A DNA stretch of 64,000 nucleotides from the NCBI GenBank assembly GCA_965235115.1, contig OZ249437.1, forward strand, positions 42,532,001 through 42,596,000. Reading direction: 5' to 3'. The notes under the pieces are model-generated. The model worked only from the letters and a program-made list of their open reading frames with translations, made no database searches and was not told the DNA's origin. The stretch comes from Laetmonice hystrix. Lineage: Eukaryota. The translations under genes and the position numbers were made by a program. Every line of letters starts with the position of its first letter. Position 1 is the first letter of the stretch. Below, piece after piece: positions 37,666 through 49,520 of this stretch.

Positions 37666-39780
37666 AGGGTTAATGATAGCTTCAACACTTTCCAACCAAA
37701 TTTATCCACTCATAACGGATGCGTTAATGCACGTTGGCTACAAGGATCACCGTATCCGAAATGATATAAAAACTACACAATCTTTTCTTCTCATTTGTAT
37801 GAAACGCCTGTTTACAGAGGGTTAAAAACACCTTGTCAACACCTGATATTTCATCTACAAAACAGCCTCTAAACATTTGATTTTCTTTGTCAGATACACA
37901 ACACCATGTATCTCAGTTCTCGACTTACACTGACAAAGATCGAGGAACAGTCGCAAACAGCCATTGTGCTTGCCAGGAAACCTTAACTTTTCATGACAGC
38001 GCCATGGATAGAGAATTTTATACGACTTTCATAAGATAACTCCCCCCCCCGGCCCTCATACAAGGATCAGGGTCTCTCCAACAACACATAGAGGAACCCT
38101 TTCCTTTCTACCCACCATCCACTAACAATCCTTAGGCCAGTGTCCATTTCTCTGTAGGAGCCTTTGAATTTGTCGCTTTCAAATATAATTCTACTGGTCC
38201 CTTTTCTCTTTGAATATCTTTATTTAAAATGTGTAATCCGAAGGAACTTCCCCCTCCCCCAGACCAAACATAATCTACTGACACCTAGGAATATCCCACG
38301 GTAATATCTTGTGTTCTGTGTCATTGCTCGCAGTCAGTCAGTCTATTTGGCAACAACATGGGAAACATTTTAATCAGGCAATCTTATACAATACGAGAAA
38401 CGTCTGGAGGAAGAGGACAATAACTGCATGGGCCTCTCTAACTCTCTGCCTCTCTCTCAATTTTGCTCTCTCTCTGCTGCTGCTCAGATGCTCTCAGATA
38501 CTAACTGACTTGCCGACTGACCGCACAGTGTCCTTCTGTCGGCCTGTTGATCAGTCTAAAAAACATGACTGTCAACTTCCCCCTTCCTACCGCAGGCCAG
38601 TATCCAGTTTACGCTAAAATCCATCTTTTTCTCTTTGTTAAAAAATATATACCGCCATCTTGGTCCAGGCATTGGGACATACAGTTCATGTACGGTAGTA
38701 TTCCTCTTAAGATAATAAATATACAAATGCTATCGTCGACCGGTGAGAATGTTAGCTGAAAGGTAATGTGAATATCAGTAATAATATACAGCCAGTCAAA
38801 TCCAGTATATCCGCACATAACGTCCGGCTGACCAAGCAGCACGTTTTGTCCATACTGAAGACAACGCTTACAATGAGAAGAATTTTTTAAAATTTCCATC
38901 TGGTGCCAAGTTATTGGCCTGCCTCCTTCCATCATTTCACACGACAAATCCTAACGGGCGGTCTGAGGCCGCCCGAGATGGATGTTTACATTTTGACTGC
39001 CATGGGGTTGGGCTCCATTTGCAGCGAACACAAACCATCTGCCTCTGCAAAGCAGCTCCCATAAGGCACTGATTGGTTCGAGGCGTCTTTGGCGGCTTCA
39101 TAAACTATTCAAGCATCTAGACTGGCCGACATCTCCCGCCGAGCCGACAATTCTGCCGGAGAGCATGCCGACGTTTCTATCCCATCTGGTCTCGGCGACA
39201 GTTACGGGATCAGAGCTGTTTATGCAATAAACCATAGAGTCTCCAAGGCCTTGCCCAGCTCGCGGGCCCCAACCGTTGGTGGGCGTTATAGTTACTACCC
39301 GCACATTCTGCAAAGGTCGGGCGCTGTCTAACTGCAGAGAAGAAGCTCAGTCGGCATTAGCCACTGGGCGTTGCCTTATCACTAAACCTCAGCAGTATCC
39401 TCACTGGAACGGACTTCAAGTCAAGTCTGAACTAAACCCTTTCTCGCATTCTTGTCCTTTACCCGATGGGAGTCGGATCAAACAAGCTCGTACCACTGCA
39501 CCGTATGCCGAGCATTTAATATTTATACGGTCAAACTCCCTTCGCAATGCTAATACTGTCTACTCCCTCCCGAACTGAAGGTAGAAAGAACCTGAATTGT
39601 GCTTCAGACCCTTCCTTACAACCTAGCAGCTTGGCGGATGCCTTATTTGTATAATATTGGGGCAATTTAAAGACCATCCGAAGAAAAGAAACTGATTAAA
39701 GATCCTCACTTACAGTTTGCCAGCATCAGTTCCTACTGAGGGTTAACTTCCCAAACCCCACTGGTATACTCTCCAATAAT

Positions 39781-39825
39781 GCTTACCTACAACAGACAAA
39801 AGATTCAGCAAATATCAATATTCAT
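39781..39825 (-). other. Candidate recursive splice site (zero-length exon) in the intron of more than 45 kb
   Basis: atatttgctgaatcttttgtctgttgtag|gtaagc, with the junction between 39787 and 39786. Confidence 0.4.
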
Positions 39826-40660
39826 GACTAGGCAAGGCACAGCACATACTGACAGCAACGACTTGGCATTATTTTCCCCCAAGTGATGTCAGGAAACAAT
39901 ACAATACCTCAAAGAATCCTTTTGAGAAACCCCCAGTGGCACATTCAACTAGAAACCGCTGTACATAATAGAAACAGCCATTTCCCAACTGCCTGCCTAA
40001 TACCTCAGTTTAGAGAGATCAATGAAAAATAAGCCCGCTTCCCTGTGGACCCTATTGTTGGCCCTGACCTCCTATCATTTTTTTGCCAGAATTCCACGAC
40101 CACACCATGTCTGGTATAAGCATTGTACAGGTCGTTGTAGGAACATTTTCTGGTTTCACTGCCGAGTCCCGCACCATCTGATGAGACTGTCGCCATATAA
40201 CGGTAAAATCTACCTTTATACTTCAGTGGGCGCCGTCCTTGAGCAGCCCTTTGTGGCACGGGTCCCACGTGGGTCGGGTCCTAATCATGCTGCCAGACAC
40301 CACTACAACAAGGCGTCATTACCATACGGCACGGCAGATATTACACCAATGGAACCACCTAGCAACTCATTGGTTATCAATGCTGGTCTGATGGCAGCGG
40401 CCATACCCCCGACTACCGGCTCACCTCGCCCCCTGGCAATCTTCACATGGTTGATGATGATGGTGACTGTCCTACAACACTCGCCTGGGCTGAGCTTGAT
40501 ACCAGGCACGACCGGCAAACTTGTCTGATACCTTTTCACCTTGACTGCCCCTACCCCTTGGTGCCAACAGTGGGAGCTTAATCAAGGCGTCCGCTCTGAG
40601 GGCAACCGTTCCCGCGGACATGTTAAACCATGCTTTCACACTACAGCCAGCCAGCAGTCT

Positions 40661-41009
40661 GTCACCACGGAGTCTTGAACCAAGTAGTTTTACCAAGTTC
40701 TGCTCCAGCACTGGGCAGTCCGTCACCACGGAGTCTTGAACCAAGTAGTTTTACCAAGTTCTGCTCCAGCACTGGGCAGTCCGTCACCACGGAGTCTTGA
40801 ACCAAGTGATGTTACCAAGTTCTGCTCCAGCACTGGGCAGTCCGTCACCGCGGAGTCTTGAACCAAGTGATTTGACCAAGTTCTGCTCCAGCACTGGGCA
40901 GTCCGTCACCACGGAGTCTTGAACCAAGTGATTTGACCAAGTTCTGCTCCAGCACTGGGCAGTCCGTCACCGCGGTGTCTTGAACCAAGTGATTTTACCA
41001 AGTTCTGCT
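40661..41009. repeat. Minisatellite, 61-bp unit x about 5.7
   Basis: gtcaccacggagtcttgaaccaagt...ctgggcagtcc starts at 40661, 40722, 40783 and onward. Confidence 0.96.
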
Positions 41010-41098
41010 GTCACTCATTCATTGGTCACTCAACTCACATGATCTCGAGTCGTCCAACGGGCAGTCCTGTTCATACTCACTATAATTATGTGGTGTCT

Positions 41099-41280
41099 CC
41101 TTGTCGTACTGCTTACTCTCTGCCGATAGTAAAGAGTGCAACATTTCAAAGTCTCTGTCTTGTCGTACTGCTTACTCTCTGCCGACAGTAAAGAGTGCAA
41201 CATTTCAAAGTCTCTGTCTTGTCGTACTGCTTACTCTCTGCCGACAGTAAAGAGTGCAACATTTCAAAGTCTCTGTCTTG
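41099..41280. repeat. Tandem repeat, 59-bp unit x3
   Basis: cttgtcgtactgcttactctctgccgacagtaaagagtgcaacatttcaaagtctctgt repeated. Confidence 0.95.
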
Positions 41281-42649
41281 CATTTCTGTCCTAGACTGTA
41301 ACATCACTATAATCGAACTCTAATGAGGAAAAAATACCAAAAGAATGTACCAGCACATTTCTACGCTAGCTACATAAGTGATTCAAATAAAGGATAAACA
41401 ACACATGTTCTCTAAACTTCACAAAAATCTAGTATAATGAAAACAACTGCAGGGTTCCGGATCTGATAGTATTTATCATGTTTCGTCTGCACTACGTATC
41501 AGTGACGACGTAGGTCAAATTTGTCAAAAATATTCATTAAAGTAAAGAAGGTTACATTTCAGGTTTAGGTAACCATCCGGATCCCTGTACACTGATTATC
41601 TGCGATCAAAGGGAAAGCTTGATAAGGCAAGCTACACTGGGTATGTAATCTGATAATTCCGGATAGAGACAGCACAGCCAATGCAGTGAAACGTAACTAA
41701 ATCACCTGGGTAAAACATACGTGGAGGATGCGAACGTTTAAGTTTCTCCAGCACAACCGTACTAGCCCACATCTTATCAAAGCTAGGGCTGTCCCTAAGA
41801 ATAATCAATAAATAAAGTTTGCAATCATACTGGACTTTTTTCTTTCGCCTTATATAAATTTCATCAACTCATATATGCTGAAGACAACCAGAGTAAAATC
41901 GGAGTTCCTTTTTACACAACAGACTCTTTATACAATTTCTGTTTACTGCACTAGACCATCTTGGAACCTTTTTTGTAACAGTCTGCAAGTTCTCCGTGTG
42001 TTCAAAGTAAACCATTACCAGATACAGATGCCAGACGCTGGAAGAGATTAGCTTTGGATCCCTACTCAGATCCCTATCAGTCCCTTTGAATCTCCTGCCC
42101 TGATCACCAGGAGTCATTAGATATTTATTGCTTGTTGTCGGAAGGCCATTCTCGTTCAGTATTTACGAACCGGAGTGTTGGGGCAATTCTCAGACTGCCA
42201 ACACCAAACATCGTCAAGCGACCCTAGTCTAGCTCCACTTTCTCTCTCTACCTCTCTCTCACTCTCTTACTCACTGCTGACTGGGTCTCTCTGGCGTCGT
42301 CTGCTCTGCCACTCCGTCACTGATACAACGTCACAGACGTTGAGGTGAACTGAGCGTGAATTCTTGTTCTGCATTCACTTGTTACGAGGTGTTACTTATT
42401 ACGACCTTTGCTACACTCAGGGTCTAGTCATACCAATAACAGGACGGTGTCAATTCGATTATTTGTATAGTTTACTCTGGTTGTCTTTCCATTTGGTCGG
42501 GATATTTTTTTTATCAAAAAGCAAGCTGCACTGTCTCTGCTCTACAGCATACATGCTCGTCTTGAGTGTGGGTGTGTGAGCAACACACGGCAAACATGGG
42601 GTGCGGGGTCAACTGCAGTGTCCGAAATAGCACGTGTCTGTTTCCTGTC

Positions 42650-42725
42650 AGACAGACACCAAATTAACGGTCTCAGACAGACACCAAGTTAACGGTCTTA
42701 GACAGACACCAATTTAACGGTCAGT
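42650..42725. repeat. Short tandem repeat, about 25-bp unit x3
   Basis: cagacagacaccaa(a/g)ttaacggtct repeated. Confidence 0.85.
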
Positions 42726-43957
42726 CCCTGCTAATATTCTCAAACAAAGACTTGTCCAATTCCCTTCATGTTGCTTAGCATTAGCAGACCCGGTGACCAA
42801 GCTGTTTGAACATGGCCTGTCCTTATCCTTTTAACAATAGGGTTATTTCGGACACTGGTCACATGTATACAAAGATATCAAAGGAGTCTGTTGGGACACT
42901 CACTGTCACTCGTGTTCTCAATGTGCAGACATTGTAAACTGGAATCCCAGTTCAAGGAGGCTTTTGAAATAGATAAAATAGAGACACATCAGATGGGTTA
43001 TAAATTAGAGGTGTACATTATACAATATCTGGCTCCCCTCCTCGCCATCTGAGTCACCTTAGCCTTTGGCCATAATCAATCAAAATTCAGCTTTTTCCTT
43101 TCATCATAAATATTCGATTTTTTTTATATTATACTGGTAACACGGGTTGGTTATCAACACAAACAGAAGAATTGTGGGTCAAAGTTCACCGAGCCGGTCC
43201 TTCCTATACACCCGACTTTTTTTCCCAGTACAAAAGCTTCAAGTACTGATTTCCCCATTTCTGTTGACCTTTTTAGCCTTGTTTCATTTTTGTTCTTCGT
43301 TTCGTACGGGATAATCTTCATGTCGGACCCACGCGTAGAATATTGTGAAGTATCTTTCAGTGAGAGAAATGAAATGATTCTGTCACTTGGCGGATCATGT
43401 GTTCACCCTCGAAACATGCTTTCCGGATAATGTGAATAAAGGAGAAAAACAAAAAAGACTTTTTTTTAAAACCTATACTAAAAAACACCTATTTGTATTC
43501 TCCGGGGTAAAACAAAATAATCCCCAACGGTGGTTTGATGGTATACTTAGATATGTCCCTATCACCGCCTCCTGACATCCTGTCCTTGTCAACAGTAATG
43601 ACTGGTTTTGTGGGAAATTCGAAGTGACCTTTTTTACGGGGATTTCTTACAGCCACACTTCACAAACATCATATTTCCTGGGGCCCCGGGATAGAGAGTA
43701 CTCCATCTACAAATCACCCTAGTCGTTGTTTGCCATGTTTCATGCCAGCGTGGTCACGTTATATTTCACCATTAATGGAACCGTCTTGCCATGCGTCTAA
43801 TTGTGAATATTTTCTTCAGCTGACTTGGGAGATGAGAAGCATGAAGAGATCATGCTTGCCGCCATCCAAGCGCTCATTAGTCCTGATTTGTAGCCTTCAC
43901 ACGGTGTTTGTCGAGTGACCTCAGCGCCGCCCACACCGACCGCCGCGCCACCGTGTG

Positions 43958-43974
43958 GACAGCAGGGGGCGCTG
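43958..43974 (+). promoter_or_regulatory. CTCF-consensus-like motif in a CpG-rich patch
   Basis: GACAGCAGGGGGCGCTG within GC/CpG-rich 43900-44020. Confidence 0.45.
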
Positions 43975-45075
43975 TGATCGATACTCCCTCGCCGGCCCAC
44001 AACCAAGTCGGACGACACCGTGAACGTTGTACAGTATCAGTGTCTATTGGTGGTCAGATCTGGTGTATTGTTTTCAGCCGAGAGACGCTAAGATTTCAAA
44101 CAATGAGAGGGTCCTTCACACTGAATGAAACTCTCCATACTTTGGTTTTCAGGTTGCTAAAAAATTGTTCTAGTAAAAACTTCGAGGTAATATCAGGAAC
44201 TTACTTTTTCCTGTTTTACTTTTTTTTAATGGTTTATCCAATTAAACAGGCTCCTGGTAATGCATCTCAGTAATTAGGTTGAACGTGGTTAGAGACACTT
44301 GAGTACCATAATATCATTTATCTACTCCGAGTGACATCCTCTCTGTCTGAGTGACTGACAGAGTATGTAATGCCTTTAATGAACTGTGCGGCATTCATGT
44401 AAATAGGTACAATCAAATGCTTTACGATGAGCCCGCCATGACGATAGAATAACATAGTTATGTACTTTAAATTGCTGCTGGTAAGAGGATGCTGCGCTTT
44501 ATGTGTACATTTCATAAATCAGTCTATCTCTAGGGATGACGCTCGACGCCAGTTCCACCCAGTGGTTTCACCGGACACCACCATCCAATCTTGGAGTGCC
44601 AGCGGGACCAGTTTATACGTGGGTGGTTTTACGGGTAGAACATTTCTTTTTGTTCTCAGAGTTTATCAGGCTTAGAACAGTACAATCAAGTGGGGTCACT
44701 GCTTTCTTACGTCCAAACCACTGTCAGCCAATTTTACCGCGGTCAATTATTGGGGTTACACTTTGTAATGGAAGGATTTAGGAGGTCGGGCATGCGCAGT
44801 CAGACGATCTACAATTAGAAGTGGGATAGAGTGTTAAAACCTCCTTGAGATACTCATCTTAGCCCAGCCATCATATAGACCCATTTAATCAGGCTTTGAT
44901 ATCGATCTAAAATAGCCTGCGCTATGAATAATTGAAACTTCACCTTTGACTACTATAGCCAATGCTGCTACTTTAAAGGCATATCAAAGTGGCGCCTGAC
45001 AGCAGCACAAAATAGGATCGGCCGACTGGGCTGCTGATGGGGGCTCGCTTGTCTTCATGGCTGAGTGAACACTAA

Positions 45076-46384
45076 AGCCCCAGTCCCACCAAAGCCGAAT
45101 TAGCTACGACGTGTCACGATCTGATAAATCGTGTAGAATCGGGAAAGGTCCTAACTCGGTCGTAGAGTAGTCTTGATAGATCTTCATAGGTCGCGACAAT
45201 TTTGAACTGTTCAAAACAATCGGCATTGGTCGGGAAAAAGCTCAGATCGGGGCTATATCGTAGGTCAAACGTTGCTCAGTCGGGAATATAGTCGGGGAAC
45301 AATCGGGATAGTTCGTTGTTCAGCCCTGGTTTATCGTAGGACAATTGCCAGAAAATTAATCCCCAGTCCCACCAAAGCCGATTGTACTATACGTTCCATG
45401 CCGTTCTATCAAGATCTAAAATTTATTTTAAGTCGTGATGAATCGTGATGAAATAATGACAACTCGAAGACCTAGCTACGAATTGTCACGTTCAACGGCG
45501 ACTGGGCAACGGTTTTCCAAAGATCTCTCAACGATCACGCTGCGTGCTATCATGTTCTATCTCGACATCCCCCCGACCTTCCCGACCGAGAAACAATTCT
45601 CTGCCGACCTATGCAGATTGAGCTACGTCCTATCAAGAACCCGACCCGATGTTTGACCAACGATGTAGCAACGTTCTATGCCGTCTGAGCCCCAGCCGAG
45701 CTACGACCTGTCCCGATGACGTCAGGGCTAGATCTAGGAAATGTCTGGCGATTGTCCTGCGATCAACCAGGACTAAACAACGAACTATCCCGATTGTCGC
45801 CCGACTATTCCCGACTGAGCAACGTTTGACCTACAGTATATCCCCGATTTGAGCTTTTTCCCGACCAATGCCGATTGTTTTGAACAGTTTAAAATTGTCG
45901 GGGTGCAATCGTGGCCTATCCCGACCTATGAGGATCTATCAAGACTACTGTACGACCGAGTTAGGACCTTTCCCGATTCTACACGATTTATCAGATCGTG
46001 ACACGTCGTAGCTAATTCGGCTTTGGTGGGACTGGGGCTTTAGCCCTGATCTAGACCTGATGTCATCGGGACAGGTCGTAGCTCGGCTGGGGCACGGCAT
46101 AGAACGTTGCTACATCGTTTGTCAATCATGGTATAGGTCGCCATACATCGGGCCGGGATCTTGATAGGTCGAAGCTCAATCTGCATAGGTCGGCAGTGAA
46201 CGTTGCTTTAGTCGTTGCGTTGTCGGGAAGGTCGGGCCGATGTCGGGATAGAACATGATAGATTCGTAGGTAGGTCTTCGGGTTTTCATGATTTCATCAC
46301 GATTCATCACGACTTAAACTAAATTTCAGATCTTGATAGAACGGCATAGAACGTCGTACAATCGGCTTTGGTGGGACTGGGGCT
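45076..46384. mobile_element. PIF/Harbinger-type MITE (outer copy, about 625 bp) interrupted by an inverted copy of the same family
   Basis: TIR AGCCCCAGTCCCACCAAAGCCGA at 45076 and its reverse complement ending at 46384. TAA duplicated on both sides (45073-45075, 46385-46387). Confidence 0.88.
45359..46039. mobile_element. PIF/Harbinger-type MITE (inner copy, 681 bp), opposite orientation to its host copy
   Basis: Starts ATCCCCAGTCCCACCAAAGCCGA and ends TCGGCTTTGGTGGGACTGGGGCT. TTA duplicated (45356-45358, 46040-46042). Its halves are reverse complements of the two halves of the outer copy. Confidence 0.88.
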
Positions 46385-47451
46385 TAACTTAGAACGTAGA
46401 TGTTCTAATTAACTCCTACATTATTGTCTTCAGTCATCAGCGCCTCCTGTATCTGTCCATGGACCTTGAGGGCCCATCTCATCCTACCTGCCGGCTGCCA
46501 TATGCCAACACTGGCTTCATCGGATGGCAAGCACATTCAACCCCAAGGTTATTATTGAGGGATAGACTGGCAATCACCGAATTAGTGCTGCGACTGGAAT
46601 ATGTTTCCTACTCTTCCATCTATCTGGCATACCTCTTAAGTATCTGGCTACTGATCAAAGATACAACGAACTATTTCTAAGTGCAATCAAAATGTTAAAT
46701 GTCATAATGGGTGTTTGGCTGACTTTGCTTTCACTGGGCTCACCACAGGTTCGTTTTGCCCCCGGGTGAGGAACCACAGCAGCAATTGCAGGTGGCCCAC
46801 ATCAATGCGACAACGTAGTAGCACTTAGTTTTTTCTATCTACCTTTGAACAGCTACCAGTTCGAGTGCCTTGGAATTGTCTGCCTTCAGGGGGGAGGCAA
46901 GAGCCCGACTGTGAGGAAAATTACAGGCCTCTCAAGCATTTCATGGATTAATGTGCCAGCATGGTATTCAGCGAGGCTGCCCATTCCCCACCGGTGGGTA
47001 CTGCCTCCCAGGCCAATTCCATATGGGCCTCGCCCCTGGGGTTGAAACTCCAGTTTGCATCGGGCTCTTTCAAATTCATTGTGCAAGTCGATGTCAGAGG
47101 ATAGCATCACTCTAGATAATTTTCCAAACTGAAATATTATGTATAGATTTCTCACTGTCGACTTTAATCCTGCCTGATCCGTGCTTACTCAATTTCATTA
47201 AAATATTCACACCAACACTCTTGCGCCGACACAAAAAATTTCATTTTGGAATGACGTACGGTAACAATTTTTAAACAACATTCGCATTCTGTTCCCTGAA
47301 GATTACGACGACTGACTTTATCACAAATAGCTCTAGACTGCTATTAAAGTTTACTAACTTCAGGTTCGAGCATTTCCATGCTGCCAAGACATCACATGAC
47401 CATAATATGTTCACTTGCAGTAAATAACAACCCACTGAGGACTGCTGCCAG

Positions 47452-47801
47452 GGGTTTGTGACTGCTCGAGACTGCTGCTTGGGGGTTGTGACTGCTCGAG
47501 GCTGCTGCTTGGGGGTTGTGACTGCTCGAGACTGCTGCTTGGGGGTTGTGACTGCTCGAGACTGCTGCTTGGGGGTTGTGACTGCTCGAGACTGCTGCTT
47601 GGGGTTTGTGACTGCTCGAGACTGCTGTGACTGCTCGAGACTTGGGTTTGGGGTTTGTGACTGCTCGAGACTGCTGCTTGGGGCTTGTGACTGCCCGAGA
47701 CTGCTGCTTGGGGTTTGTGACTGCTCGAGACTGCTGCTTGGGGTTTGTGACTGCTCGAGACTGCTGTGACTGCTCGAGACTGAGGTTTGGGGTTTGTGAC
47801 T
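47452..47801. repeat. Compound minisatellite, about 30-bp unit with internal deletion variants
   Basis: ggggttgtgactgctcgagactgctgctt repeated, with shortened ctgctgtgactgctcgaga variants; explains ORFs 47411-47944 and 47458-47769. Confidence 0.94.
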
Positions 47802-49454
47802 GAAGGCGAATTGAAGCCGGTGGGTAGACGGGCAGGTTTCAGAAGTATATTCTTACCAAGGATACAGATAGAGTTTCTACCGGACACAACGTGACAGCAT
47901 GAGACGACAGATTGCGAATGATGTGTATCGGGCATACAGTACACATTCCAATCTCTCTGTATAATACACAGCTCAACAACTTCGTGAACAAAATCAAGCC
48001 TGAAACCTATCAGGAAAACGGAATATCAACAGACAGATATCTCTGATGGACATCCCTGGACTGCTGCGCCCAACCTAAGTCTGCATACAAATTGGATTTC
48101 GCCGGTTTATGCCGAGTTTGATGCTATATATCGGTTTGGAATGAGCCTTGCAGCTATATCTGTGGTATTACATTGGGCAGCTGTGGACTGGATCGGTGTG
48201 CATACGTCAGCAACAACTGATCAGCTTGAACAATCTGGGATGGTCTTAATATAAATGGAGATTTCGTAACCTACATAAAATATGAGTCATGCTTTCAGTC
48301 CCGCCAAATCTCTTGTACATGTCTGTGTTATGGCATTGGGTAGTAATTATATTAAATGTAAACGTGGGTGAGAGGATTATTACAAATTGGTCAAATGCAA
48401 ATACCCAAATAATAAATTTCAGACATTTTCGGAACTGGAACGCCCCAATTCTTTACGCAGACTCCAAACTTTTGTCACAACATTCCAAGAATAACGTCGA
48501 AGCCGTACAAGTTAAATCTCGCCAAGAATATTAAAAAGGACAAAAATCATTTGATGTAAAAGAAGCATGAATTGTACGAGCTGTGTGGTGACTAGAAATC
48601 GCCGACTGTGAAAGTGTCAGCAGTGTATGACACACACTGGTTGTGTTTGCTCTCCGTGATCCCTGCGGCCAGAACTTACCGCACAGTTCATCGTCCGTCT
48701 GCTTTCTAACAAATTCTGCCCTCTCCTAATTAAAATTATGCTGGTCACAGCTTGCCTAATTAGACACTTCGGATCTAATTAGTGCTGTTGAATTAACACG
48801 CGAGCAAAAAGACACATGCTGCCTTCGTCGGCCCCGTTTCAAAGAGCTTTCATATTTCATACTGCCACTTTGAACTTCGAGACGCCTCTGTTTTGGGGTC
48901 TCCTTTCCGTAAATTCTGTTTAATTTGCAAGTTTTCAAGTGGGCAGTGCAATCAGCGGAATTGTTTATAGTCAAACGACTGATTAACGGTGGTGTCCTGA
49001 ATAGGAAACGACGCCTTCACGTTTAAAGTGAACCCCACTTGTAACAAAAAATATTTGATGGAATTTTTCCTTCCTGCTTGTCCAAATTAAAAACGTTTGG
49101 CACGTTATTCAGTAAGGCTAACATCATGCTGATTCTCCCACAGGAACAGAGGAATCCGTTCGTATCTCTGACTGAAGGAGGTGGTCGTAATTTTGTGGTC
49201 AGTAAACTTGCTCAGGTAATCAGAGATCGATCTACTAAACAGACCCAGATCTTGCTGTTCACATCTCTGGTGTCGGCACGGGGAGGGGTCAGGGCATCAT
49301 GGCCACCCCCTGGGGGGCGGGGTAGGGGGTGACTGGGGGTTCAGAGCAGGGGTGGACATTCTGACCCCCTACAACCTGACACTGGATAATCCTCGCTCGT
49401 CCTGTGTGGTCGCACACCTGATAAGGTCTGGTCGGTGGGAATATTGAAGGTGGG

Positions 49455-49520
49455 TGATGGGAGGGGTGGGGGGAGGGGGGAGGGGTGGAGGGAGGGAGGG
49501 GGAGGGGTGGAGGGAGGGAG
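49455..49520 (+). repeat. Purine/G-run tract (ggaggggtggagggaggg repeats), potential G-quadruplex or H-DNA
   Basis: More than 10 runs of at least 3 G in about 65 bp. Confidence 0.8.

Noticed and set aside
40022-40528. 168-aa ORF with a hydrophobic N-terminus (MKNKPASLWTLLLALT...)
   Set aside because: The remainder has no protein-like pattern or domain, and I have no promoter or splice support. Treated as chance.
41117-41237. CAG|AGA|GTAAGC 3-nt microexon-like motif repeated three times
   Set aside because: Generated by the 59-bp tandem unit; no independent support.
41701-41730. CAG|GTGATT zero-length exon candidate
   Set aside because: The donor half is weak compared with the 39786 site.
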